A DNA stretch of 24,000 nt, taken from contig NZ_CP067393.1 of assembly GCF_016653615.1 (NCBI RefSeq), forward strand, positions 921,673 to 945,672, given 5' to 3'. This document shows positions 8,329 through 16,956 of the stretch, piece by piece. The notes under the pieces were generated by a model. The model was not told the DNA's origin. It did no database searches and saw only the letters and a list, made by a program, of their open reading frames with translations. The position numbers were made by a program, and so were the translations under genes. Numbering within the stretch: the stretch's first letter is position 1; each line of letters starts with the position of its first letter. The DNA is from Entomomonas asaccharolytica (GTDB lineage Bacteria > Pseudomonadota > Gammaproteobacteria > Pseudomonadales > Pseudomonadaceae).

Positions 8329-8426
8329 TCTAATTTGTTCAGTAAAACACCCTTCATCATTTTATTATTTTCTAGATTAATAGAAATAAACCTTGTAGCA
8401 TAATATATAGACTACGGGGAGTTGCT

Positions 8427-8972
8427 ATGAGATTTCAATTATCAAAGATTATTACTAAAACAGGTGACCAAGGCACTACTCGTATAGGTGATGGTTCTCG
8501 TGTTAGTAAAAGCTCTTCACGAATTATGGCTATAGGTGGTATTGATGAATTAAATACCTCCATTGGTGTGTTACGAGTTTATATAGAAGATAAAGAAATT
8601 TTTGATAAGCTAGTAACAATCCAACATCAATTATTAGTAGCAGGTTCGCAGTTAGCTAATTCTAATCGTTGTGCATTAGCAACGCGACATATTGAGTTTC
8701 TAGAAAGTTGGGCTGCTAAATTAATTGAGCAATTAGATCCAGTACAAGATTTTGTATTACCTGGTGGCTCGGAAGTAGCTGCTCATTGTCATATGGCGAG
8801 GGTGACTTGTCGTCGTACAGAGCGTTATGTTATTGCTGCTGATTTGCAAGATGAATATATTCCACTAACTATTCAATATTTAAATCGTCTATCCGATGTG
8901 TTGTTTGTATTAGCAAGAGTGTTAAATAAACAGCAAGGTGTATCAGAAATTGTTTTAAATAGGCAGATTTAA
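8427..8972 (+). CDS. PduO-type ATP:cob(I)alamin adenosyltransferase
   Basis: 181 aa. The N-terminal TKTGDQGTT...RV.K...R..A.G.IDELN motif is typical of the PduO/MMAB family. GGGGAG RBS upstream of the ATG. Confidence 0.85.
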   Translation: MRFQLSKIITKTGDQGTTRIGDGSRVSKSSSRIMAIGGIDELNTSIGVLRVYIEDKEIFDKLVTIQHQLLVAGSQLANSNRCALATRHIEFLESWAAKLIEQLDPVQDFVLPGGSEVAAHCHMARVTCRRTERYVIAADLQDEYIPLTIQYLNRLSDVLFVLARVLNKQQGVSEIVLNRQI

Positions 8973-8992
8973 TATTTTAAGGCTGTTTAGTA
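8850..8992 (+). repeat. Direct repeat copy 1 (3' 41 codons of the adenosyltransferase gene plus 20 nt downstream)
   Basis: Aligns by eye with 13029-13170 at roughly 85 percent identity with one 1-nt gap. Confidence 0.85.
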
Positions 8993-9303
8993 GTAGAGCA
9001 GAGATTGATAGATTTGGTTAGGGGTGCTAAGACTAGGCTAGTAATTACAGTAAATACACCCACTGCGGTAACACTTTGACCTGCTATTCTTATAGTTAGA
9101 GCGATAGGGGTAGGTAGGCTAACAGGAGTAAATTCAGCTGCAATTAGGCTGGTTACAACAAGGAATAATGAAAATACTGCAGAGCAGTGAGCTGGATTTG
9201 TTTTAGCAGTAAAGCTTTGGGACATTATAAGTAACGCTATTGTAGGAAAGTCATTAAAAATTGAATTTGGTAAAGTCATTAGTTGAAAACGGTCTAATGG
9301 CAA
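8977..9303 (-). pseudogene. Truncated N-terminal fragment of a NepI/YicM-like MFS efflux transporter
   Basis: Only about 82-108 codons, against about 400 in full-length MFS proteins. EFTPVSLPTPIA...AGQSVTAVGVFTVITSLVLAPLT resembles the TM1-TM2 region of NepI as I recall it. The frame ends inside repeat copy 1 at the junction. The track start is a TTG; ATGs lie at 9279 and 9225. Confidence 0.5.
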
Positions 9304-9441
9304 TACAAGAATTTTTTATAGCAACCTAATAGAGAGAGTATGTTCGTTGCAGAATATGCAAATTTAGCTAATTTTTGCTTAATTCTGCCTTTGATAAGAA
9401 ATTTTGGTTAATTTGAAAGGATTTTAGGGAGTAGATAAGTA

Positions 9442-9471
9442 AAGCCTAGTTCGATTGTTTGAACTAGGCTT
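9442..9471 (-). terminator. Perfect 11-bp hairpin downstream of the autotransporter gene (possible terminator)
   Basis: AAGCCTAGTTC (9442-9452), 8-nt loop, GAACTAGGCTT (9461-9471), 25 nt past the stop at 9497. There is no clear U-tract on either strand, so confidence is limited. Confidence 0.4.
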
Positions 9472-9496
9472 GCTACAGTTATTACTGTCAATTGAG

Positions 9497-12217
9497 TTAG
9501 AAATTATAAACTAAATTTAAACTACCGTGATGGACGCGGCTGCGTTTTCCTTTTTCTAAATTATAATTGGCGGCTAGCTGCAAGTTTTTATTGAGATTAT
9601 AAGCACTACTTACGCCCATACCTAGGGCATTTTTAGTCAGTTTATCGCCACGGCTACGATATTTTGTGGCATTAGCATCAGCTACAAAATTTACTTTCGT
9701 TTTAGCACGGTTATTGCCATAAAGACCAGCATGGTAAACCTTGCCAGATATGGTCAGGTCTTTTTGATCTGTCCACGTTAGGTCGCTACCTGTTCTGGTA
9801 AGATGTAGGTTTTCTTTATGAGATTTGGCCTTTAGTGAGTATGTGGCTAGTTTTTCTTTATAGCCCTGCACATTAAGATGTAAATATTCATAAGAGGTAA
9901 ATGGTGCTAATGCCCAAGAATCATTTAGTTTAAAGTTTCTTGCTAGGCTAGTGGCTACATTTAAATTAGTAGATTGGTATTTACTTTTATAACTAAGACC
10001 CGCAGCTTTACGTTTTTGATCGTACCAAGTGTGGCCACCACCAGCCATGACGCCTAGTTCGATTTTACCAGGCAGTAAGGTACCTGCGTAGCCTGCAATA
10101 TTTATATTTTGTGCATCTATATTGGCATCTCTTGAACGATAGTTAGGAGAATTTGCAAAAATACCGACACCAGCAAAATAGTTGTTGTCAAAGCAGTTAT
10201 CAAGCCCCATGGCAAAACCAGGAGCATTGATAGTAAAGTCACTACCATTATTTTGACTGCTATGGGCATAGGTTGGTTTTAACCAAAAATTACTTGTTTT
10301 ATCATTGCCTTGAGAACAACTCGTATTACAGTTAGTGTTATCTGTACAATCATCTAAGCACTTGAAACTCCAATGAAGTTGCTCGAACAGACTGCGCCCC
10401 ATTGCATTTAACGAAGCTATAGCTGTGGGGGCTGTAGTGGCAGATGAACCACCTAACTCTTGGTTATAGGTTTTAGAGGTGATACGAGCAATTAAGTCTT
10501 CTGAGGTAGGGTCATTTTCTCGCCAGTAAAGATCATAAGTATAATCATACACGCCTGAAGTAAAACTACCGCTAGGATTAAGAATAGTACTATCATTGTT
10601 GAGGCTGTTTTGAGCACGGAGACTAAGCAGAGGATTTTCAGAACCCTGGACTAGTTCGAAATAACTAAAACTACCTCCTTGTTGGACGCCTACATTTGAG
10701 CCAGTATTGAATGCTATATCTAAACCACTAATTAGGTGGGCTGTATCAGTTAATGATAATAAGATATTGCTACCTGAAGCAGCGTTAAAGGCTGCTGTTG
10801 TATCGTGGCTTAGATCAATATGCACGGGTGCGTTGTTGATAGCGGTAAGGTATAGGGTGCCTTGATTAATATTCCAAGTGGTAGCACTAGCCATTTCACT
10901 ATGCCCCCCTAGAATCCAAGTACCATTCCCTATTTTATCAATAGTTAGGTCGACATTACCTACTCGAGTACCTGCTTTACCTAGCATATTATCTTGTTGT
11001 GATGCCATAGGGTCTAGCATAAAAAGGTAGGCTCCATCTTCCACATCTGCTGTAAAGGTAGTAGTGACAGCCACTGGGGTGGTGTTGCCAAAATAAATAC
11101 TGTTAGCTTTTACCCCTGTATTGCCGGGGTTATGGGTGTTGCCTGCAAAGGTTATATTATTGCCTGTTGTGGCAAGTAATGTTAAGTCAGTACCACCGTT
11201 ATAAATCGCACCCCCTAAACCACTAGTCATATCTCCGTCATTATCTGTTGTTGCTTGGTTGTTTAAGAAAGTGGTACCAGAGATGACTGAAGGTGTTGAT
11301 AAGCCACCCATAATAAATATGGCGCCTCCAAGCCCAGAGACATCTGCTTTGCCATTAGTGGAGGCAGTACCGCCTTTGGCGATATTGTTGTTAAATAGAA
11401 TATTGCTTGCATTCGTCATGTCTATACCAGAGCTTACATATATAGCGCCGCCATGGCCTGAATACACTACATTGATACCATTTCCGCCAATTGCTTGATT
11501 GTCTGAGAAAGTAATATTGCTAGCATTGGTTAGGTTTAAATTTGATGCGTAAATAGCACCGCCTTGTGCTGCAAACATAATAGAACCTGTTGAGGGTACT
11601 GTAGATGTTGAGTCACCAGATATAGCTTTATTGCCAGTAAAAAGCATATTATTTGCTGAGGATAAGTTTAATGTACTATAGGTATAAATAGCACCTCCAA
11701 GACCGGAGTTAGAACCGTTTTCCCCACCTGCTGCAGTGTTGTTGATAAAACTAATATTATTGGCATTGTTGATGGTTAGATTTCCACCTGCTCTAACAGC
11801 GCCACCTATGCCGTGTCCTGTATCGGCCACCGTGCCTTGCACAGAGCTATTCATAATTTGAATATTTTCAATGTTTAAATTGACATTATTGGCGCTAAAG
11901 GAGATTAGCCCGCCAAATACTGGAGTGGGAGTATTAGTTGATTGCGTTAGCATTATCATTGAGCCGTCTGCTGACATAATGGTGATATCAGTAAGAGAAA
12001 GAGTTTCACCAATAAATGAATTATCGTGTTGATAGAGTGAGATGATATCGCCATCTGTTAACACCCCTAAATCATTTAACTCTCTCAGTGACGGATAATT
12101 TTTCCCTTCACCCACCTCATGAGTCGCTGCTTGCGCTTGGCTAGCAAGTAGGCTAAAGATTAAAGGTAGAAATAGTAGTTTGGTTATTTCTAAGGTGAGT
12201 TTTTTATGCTTAGGCAT
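9497..12217 (-). CDS. Type Va autotransporter with a polymorphic-membrane-protein (Pmp) repeat passenger
   Basis: 906 aa. Signal peptide ending SQAQA-AT. At least six alternating FxxN / GGA(I,L,V) units (FINNTA...GLGGAIYTY, FTGNKA...QGGAIYAS, FSDNQA...HGGAIYVS, FNNNIA...GLGGAIFIM, FLNNQA...GLGGAIYNG). C-terminal beta-barrel domain ending in YNF. AGGAGA RBS. Confidence 0.9.
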   Translation of the reverse strand: MPKHKKLTLEITKLLFLPLIFSLLASQAQAATHEVGEGKNYPSLRELNDLGVLTDGDIISLYQHDNSFIGETLSLTDITIMSADGSMIMLTQSTNTPTPVFGGLISFSANNVNLNIENIQIMNSSVQGTVADTGHGIGGAVRAGGNLTINNANNISFINNTAAGGENGSNSGLGGAIYTYSTLNLSSANNMLFTGNKAISGDSTSTVPSTGSIMFAAQGGAIYASNLNLTNASNITFSDNQAIGGNGINVVYSGHGGAIYVSSGIDMTNASNILFNNNIAKGGTASTNGKADVSGLGGAIFIMGGLSTPSVISGTTFLNNQATTDNDGDMTSGLGGAIYNGGTDLTLLATTGNNITFAGNTHNPGNTGVKANSIYFGNTTPVAVTTTFTADVEDGAYLFMLDPMASQQDNMLGKAGTRVGNVDLTIDKIGNGTWILGGHSEMASATTWNINQGTLYLTAINNAPVHIDLSHDTTAAFNAASGSNILLSLTDTAHLISGLDIAFNTGSNVGVQQGGSFSYFELVQGSENPLLSLRAQNSLNNDSTILNPSGSFTSGVYDYTYDLYWRENDPTSEDLIARITSKTYNQELGGSSATTAPTAIASLNAMGRSLFEQLHWSFKCLDDCTDNTNCNTSCSQGNDKTSNFWLKPTYAHSSQNNGSDFTINAPGFAMGLDNCFDNNYFAGVGIFANSPNYRSRDANIDAQNINIAGYAGTLLPGKIELGVMAGGGHTWYDQKRKAAGLSYKSKYQSTNLNVATSLARNFKLNDSWALAPFTSYEYLHLNVQGYKEKLATYSLKAKSHKENLHLTRTGSDLTWTDQKDLTISGKVYHAGLYGNNRAKTKVNFVADANATKYRSRGDKLTKNALGMGVSSAYNLNKNLQLAANYNLEKGKRSRVHHGSLNLVYNF

Positions 12218-13028
12218 AAGTATTTTCTCCTAGGTAATAAAAGTTTAAATAAAACTTGTACAACTAGAGGAAACTACAAGGACGTTGTATTTAGAAAAAC
12301 TGTGAAGGCTGTAATCTAAATAGACCTTTACCTCACATACTCAAGTTAGTAATCATATTTTTTAGTTAACAAATGAAACTTGTATCTTTAGGAGGCAGCA
12401 TATATGTTACATTCAAGTAAGCACTGATAGGCTACTTAACTCAACTTATACAACCCAAATTAGTTTTTTTATATATAAAAAAACTATTAATAAACTACTA
12501 TTATTTGAGTTTATGACAAAATTATTGAGTAATCAGATCATCAAATAACTTAATTTAGTTTGCCCTTAAACTCGTTATATAAAATTAATATTCTGATTGA
12601 ATTGTATATTATTCAAAATGATATTTTTATAAGTCTTTAGTAGTTAAATAATGATGAGGTTAATAACTAATCTATTTATTTGTGAAAAAAGAAAAATAAT
12701 TTTATTTGATTAAATTATTATTTAAGGTTATAGCTTTTGCTAGCTTTCACTTGATATTGTTTCTTGTTAATTTGAGAACTATTAATCATATTTCATTGGT
12801 GCATATGACAGCTGCTGTTTTCAATTTGGAAGTCTTATTTTTGTAAAATACAGTTGTTCATAATATTGTTAATTAGAAGCTAACATGATATTGATTAGAT
12901 ATTCTAATCCTAGGCGTTTTTACAAAAGCAAAAACAGCTATATCATAGAATAAAGTTTAAATTTTTAGCTAAAGCTTTTATCATTTCCTAGCCTAATCAA
13001 AATAAAGCGTTTACTATAATAAAAAACT

Positions 13029-13150
13029 GATGAATATATCCCTATGACTATCCAATATTTAAATCGTCTATCTGATGTATTGTTTGTACTAGCAAGGATG
13101 CAGATAAACAACAAGGTGTGTCAGAAATTGTTTTAAATAGACAGGTTTAA
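13029..13150 (+). pseudogene. 5'-truncated, frameshifted 3' remnant of a second (diverged) PduO-type adenosyltransferase gene; direct repeat copy 2 extends to 13170
   Basis: Translates in frame as DEYIPMTIQYLNRLSDVLFVLAR, against DEYIPLTIQYLNRLSDVLFVLAR in the intact gene. A 1-nt deletion then shifts the frame. With the gap restored it reads KQQGVSEIVLNRQV-stop. There is no upstream coding sequence or start. Confidence 0.8.
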
Positions 13151-13169
13151 TATTGTAAGGCGATTCAGT

Positions 13170-13622
13170 ATGACAAAGTTATATCCATTAACCCTTAAGC
13201 TAATAAATAAAAAAGTATTGGTAGTGGGTGCAGGGAAAGTAGCTTTGCGTAAGCTACAAGGTTTAGTGGGAACAGGCGCAGAAATTACCGTAGTATCACC
13301 AGAGGTATTACCAGAAATTGAAGTATTACCTGATATCACAATAATTCAACGTCATTTTCAGCCGTCAGATACTAAAAATGCTCATATTATTTATGCTGCA
13401 ACAGATAACCAGCAAGTAAATGATGAAGTAGGGCGATATATTGAGCATTGGCAATGGTTTGATAATACTGCATTGCCTGAAGCATCTAATTTTTTTACAC
13501 CTGCGGTTATTCGAGAAAAGGGTTTAATCGTGTCTATTTCTACAGAAGCACGAGATCCTACTCGTGCCAAGTTAATTAAGCAAAAGATCACAGACTTTTT
13601 ACTTAAATCAATGAAAGAGTAG
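13170..13622 (+). CDS. Short siroheme-synthase N-domain protein (precorrin-2 dehydrogenase, SirC/CysG-N/Met8-like)
   Basis: 150 aa. Rossmann motif VLVVGAGKVALRK. Aligns from memory to about residues 1-150 of CysG. It lacks the C-terminal helical region of longer family members. Confidence 0.75.
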   Translation: MTKLYPLTLKLINKKVLVVGAGKVALRKLQGLVGTGAEITVVSPEVLPEIEVLPDITIIQRHFQPSDTKNAHIIYAATDNQQVNDEVGRYIEHWQWFDNTALPEASNFFTPAVIREKGLIVSISTEARDPTRAKLIKQKITDFLLKSMKE

Positions 13623-13689
13623 TTATTTCTAATAGTGATGTTGTTTCCTAATTCTTTTCACTAGTATATCTATTAATTAATGCGTTTTG

Positions 13690-13875
13690 GATTAGTAATA
13701 GCAAATTGTTATTACGGAAGCAGGTGTGATTCCTGCGCAGCCCCCGCTGCTGTAATGTGGACGATTCTCTAAAACACCACTGAACGATATGTTTGGGAAG
13801 GTAGAGAAAAGGATGAAGCAAAGCCAGAAGACCATCTAGACGCAGAGTAACACCTTCGGTGGGAAGGTCTGTTCT
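13690..13875 (+). promoter_or_regulatory. Cobalamin (B12) riboswitch
   Basis: Conserved core GGAAGCAGGTGTGATTCCTGCGCAGCCCCCGCTGCTGTAA, then CCACTG...GGGAAGG, and a B12-box-like AAGCCAGAAGACC. It lies directly upstream of the cbi operon. Confidence 0.85.
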
Positions 13876-13920
13876 GCTTATTTTGTCTATTTAGCCTATA
13901 TACAAACTATAGCAAAACTT

Positions 13921-13957
13921 AAATCCCTACCTAACAGAAGGTGGGGATTTTTGTTTT
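13921..13957 (+). terminator. Intrinsic terminator acting as the riboswitch expression platform
   Basis: AAATCCCTACC (13921-13931), 8-nt loop, GGTGGGGATTT (13940-13950, one G-U), then TTGTTTT. It lies just before the cbiA start. Confidence 0.75.
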
Positions 13958-13992
13958 CGGGCGGATGGACAAAAGATAACGTGAAAAAAATT

Positions 13993-15336
13993 ATGTTTGG
14001 GGCAACCCACAGTGGCGCAGGTAAAACCACTGTAACATTAGGTTTAATGCATGCTTTGACGCGACGCGGCTTAAAGGTGCAACCTTATAAAGTTGGCCCT
14101 GACTATATTGATACAGGTTGGCATAAACTAGCAACAGGCCACGCCTCTATAAATCTTGATGCCTTTATGGTGTCTGAAAATAATCTTAAATATCTTTTTC
14201 AAACCCATGCTAAAACCGCTGATATCAATATTATTGAAGGGGTAATGGGGCTCTATGATGGCTATGGTGTTGACCCCAATTATTGTAGCAGTGCAGGTTT
14301 AGCTAAAACATTAAATTGCCCGATTATTTTAGTGGTGGATGGCAAAGCAGTGTCAACCTCAATTGCTGCCACCGTTATGGGCTTTCAAAAATTTCAGCCC
14401 AATGTACCTATTGTTGGGGTATTGGTTAATCGGGTAAATACCGATAGCCACTATCAACTGCTTAAACAAGCCATAGAAACTTATTGCCAAATTCCTGTAT
14501 TAGGTCGTTTGCCTAATATGCCTGAGCTAGTTTTGCATGAACGTCATTTAGGCTTAGTACCCACCGAAGAAATGCAAGATATGCAAAGTTATTGGCAGCA
14601 ATTAGCCGATGCCATAGAACAGCATATTGAAGTAGATCGTATTGTTGAATTAAGTGCAAGCGAAGAGCTTGCTGTAACTATTCCAAAATTACCCAATGCT
14701 GCTAACTATCATGGATTAAAAATGGCCGTTGCACAGGATGAGGCATTTCATTTTTATTACCAAGATAATTTAGATTTACTTAGCCAACTAGGTGTAGAGC
14801 TAATACCTTTTAGCCCATTAGCAGATAGCCAATTACCAGACTGTGATTTGGTCTATTTAGGGGGTGGCTTCCCCGAAGTTTTTGCAGAGCAACTAGCAGC
14901 CAACCAAACTATGCTCCAGTCTATTTTACAAGCCCATAAGCAAGCTAAACCAATCTATGCAGAATGTGGTGGCTTAATGTATTTAGGTGAGTTTTTACAG
15001 GTCGATGGTGAACATTATGACATGGTGGGAGTATTAGCAGGTTATAGCCAAATGACCAAGGGTTTAAAACGCTTTGGTTATTGTGAAGGTAGGGCATTAA
15101 CAAATACCTTGTTAGCGGATACAGGCGAAATATTAAAAGGCCATGAGTTCCACCATTCAGAGTTTTATACCAATTTACCTTGTGCTTTTGCCATGTATAA
15201 AACCCGTGATGGGGAAATTGTTAAAGAATGGCAAGGTGGTTATCAAGTAGGTAATACCCTAGCGAGTTACTTGCATATTCATTTTTATCAAAATCCATTT
15301 ATATTGTGTCATTGGTTGGATAGGGCGCTAGTATGA
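13993..15336 (+). CDS. cbiA: Cobyrinate a,c-diamide synthase
   Basis: MFGATHSGAGKTTVTLGL...VQPYKVGPDYIDTGWH...VMGLYDGYGVDPNYCS...YAECGGLMYL closely parallels Salmonella CbiA as I recall it. The track start at 13951 is a TTG inside the terminator T-tract, so I prefer the ATG at 13993 (GTG 13981 is an alternative). Confidence 0.9.
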   Translation: MFGATHSGAGKTTVTLGLMHALTRRGLKVQPYKVGPDYIDTGWHKLATGHASINLDAFMVSENNLKYLFQTHAKTADINIIEGVMGLYDGYGVDPNYCSSAGLAKTLNCPIILVVDGKAVSTSIAATVMGFQKFQPNVPIVGVLVNRVNTDSHYQLLKQAIETYCQIPVLGRLPNMPELVLHERHLGLVPTEEMQDMQSYWQQLADAIEQHIEVDRIVELSASEELAVTIPKLPNAANYHGLKMAVAQDEAFHFYYQDNLDLLSQLGVELIPFSPLADSQLPDCDLVYLGGGFPEVFAEQLAANQTMLQSILQAHKQAKPIYAECGGLMYLGEFLQVDGEHYDMVGVLAGYSQMTKGLKRFGYCEGRALTNTLLADTGEILKGHEFHHSEFYTNLPCAFAMYKTRDGEIVKEWQGGYQVGNTLASYLHIHFYQNPFILCHWLDRALV

Positions 15337-16304
15337 GTTATTTATTGCCTGTTCTTCCTATTATTATTGGCTTTATCGTGGATTTACTATTAGGCGATCC
15401 ACAAGGCTGGCCTCATCCTGTGCGCTGGATAGGTAATAGTATTACTTTTGTACAACAAAAGATTCGCAATCAATGCTCTAGTGATGCCTCCCTAAAATGG
15501 GGTGGCCTATGGTTATGGTTGATTATAGTGGGAGGCACTTTCTTAGTCACTTGGGGCTTACTCTATTTGATTGGTCTATGGTCATGGTGGCTAAGCTTCA
15601 TCGTTCAGTGTGTATTGGCCTATACCATCTTAGCCACTAAGTGTTTAAAAGATGCGGCGATGAGTGTTTACCAAACATTGGATACAGGTACGGTAGAGCA
15701 GGCACGAGTGCAGTTATCTTATATTGTAGGTAGGGATACTACCGAATTAGATAAACCACAAATGACCCGTGCGGTAGTTGAGACAGTAGCAGAGAATAGT
15801 GTCGATGGCGTTATTGCTCCCTTGTTCTATTTGTTTATTGGTGGTGTGCCATTAGCCATGGCTTATAAAGCAGTAAATACCTTAGATTCAATGGTGGGTT
15901 ATCAAACCCCTAAATATAAGGCGATTGGCTATTTTTCTGCCAAGTTAGATGATGTGTTTAATTATATCCCTGCACGTATTAGCTGGCTGTTATTTACCCT
16001 TGCTGCCTATTTACTCAAACTCAATGCTAAAGCTGCTTTAGTTATCGGCTGGCGTGATCGCGCCAAGCATAAAAGCCCTAACTGTGCATGGTCTGAGGCG
16101 ACTGTGGCTGGGGCGCTTGGTGTCCGTTTAGGCGGGCCAAATAACTATTTTGGTGAGTTAGTAGAGAAGCCTTGGCTAGGGGATGAGGTTCGGCCTATTG
16201 AGCAAAATGATATTACTGCCACCATTAAATTAATGTATATAGCCGCAGTATTAGCTTTATTAGTGTTTATGGCTGTTTATTGCTTTATTAAGTTTTTAGG
16301 CTAA
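15333..16304 (+). CDS. cbiB: Adenosylcobinamide-phosphate synthase (CbiB/CobD)
   Basis: 323-aa membrane protein. HPVRWIG motif near the N-terminus. ATGA start/stop overlap with cbiA. Confidence 0.9.
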   Translation: MSYLLPVLPIIIGFIVDLLLGDPQGWPHPVRWIGNSITFVQQKIRNQCSSDASLKWGGLWLWLIIVGGTFLVTWGLLYLIGLWSWWLSFIVQCVLAYTILATKCLKDAAMSVYQTLDTGTVEQARVQLSYIVGRDTTELDKPQMTRAVVETVAENSVDGVIAPLFYLFIGGVPLAMAYKAVNTLDSMVGYQTPKYKAIGYFSAKLDDVFNYIPARISWLLFTLAAYLLKLNAKAALVIGWRDRAKHKSPNCAWSEATVAGALGVRLGGPNNYFGELVEKPWLGDEVRPIEQNDITATIKLMYIAAVLALLVFMAVYCFIKFLG

Positions 16305-16313
16305 GGAAAAGAA

Positions 16314-16946
16314 ATGACCTATATAACCCAACCACAAAATATTGAAGATAAAAGCTTTGAGATTATTCAGGAAATTATTGATGAAATTAGACCTGATTAT
16401 CAGTTTGTGGATGAACTGCAAGAAAAGATTATCAAACGCTGTGTACATACCAGTGCTGATTTTGATTGGTTAGATATTCTTAAATTTTCGGAGGGTGTTA
16501 ATCAAATTTTATTAACCGCTTTGCAAAATGGTGCCACTATTTATACAGACACTAATATGGTGCTATCAGGTATGAATAAAACTCGTTTAGATAAGTTAGG
16601 TTGCCAATATCGTTGTTATGTAGCAGACCCAATTACCCGTGAAATTGCCCATGCTAAAGGTATTACTCGTTCCATGGCGGCAGTTGAGCAAGCGGCTACT
16701 GAAGAGGGCGAGAAAATCTTTGTGTTTGGTAATGCGCCTACAGCCTTGTTCCGTTTATTAGAATTATATGAAGAAGGTAAATTAAAACCAGCGGCTGTGG
16801 TTGGTGTACCTGTAGGGTTTGTGGGAGCGGCTGAATCAAAAGATGCTTTAATGCAAAGTGATTTACCTTATATTGCGGCAGCAGGGCGTAAAGGTGGTTC
16901 TAATATTGCGGCAGCCATTATCAATGCTTTGCTATATAGCATGTGA
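16314..16946 (+). CDS. cbiC: Cobalt-precorrin-8 methylmutase
   Basis: 210 aa. IIKRCVHTSADFDW...FVFGNAPTALFRLLE matches CbiC/CobH. Confidence 0.9.
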   Translation: MTYITQPQNIEDKSFEIIQEIIDEIRPDYQFVDELQEKIIKRCVHTSADFDWLDILKFSEGVNQILLTALQNGATIYTDTNMVLSGMNKTRLDKLGCQYRCYVADPITREIAHAKGITRSMAAVEQAATEEGEKIFVFGNAPTALFRLLELYEEGKLKPAAVVGVPVGFVGAAESKDALMQSDLPYIAAAGRKGGSNIAAAIINALLYSM

Positions 16947-16956
16947 GTATTAACTA

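Noticed and set aside
7682-8426. Hidden or decayed rtcB/rtcA coding sequence downstream of rsr
   Set aside because: The six-frame track shows no ORF of 60 aa or more here, and I recognise no RtcB or RtcA motifs. The segment is far too short for rtcB (about 400 codons) plus rtcA. It is better explained by structured RNAs.
11259-11498. 79-aa plus-strand ORF inside the autotransporter gene
   Set aside because: Proline-rich antisense translation of the GGAIY repeat region. An artefact of the repeats.
12462-12485. 24-nt perfect palindrome as a terminator or phase-variation tract
   Set aside because: It is almost entirely A/T, with only a terminal G-C pair, so the hairpin would be very weak. The homopolymers are only 7 nt. 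It is kept only as a minor note within the AT-rich leader finding.
13133-13591. Minus-strand ORFs 13133..13339 and 13391..13591
   Set aside because: Both are antisense to the precorrin-2 dehydrogenase-like gene and the repeat remnant. They have no RBS or family resemblance.
13951-13992. ORF-track N-terminal extension of cbiA (TTG start, MFSGGWTKDNVKKI)
   Set aside because: The TTG lies in the T-tract of the riboswitch terminator, and the extension has no counterpart in CbiA proteins. Similar TTG extensions were trimmed for cbiG (19951), cbiT (18667) and the second permease (3452).
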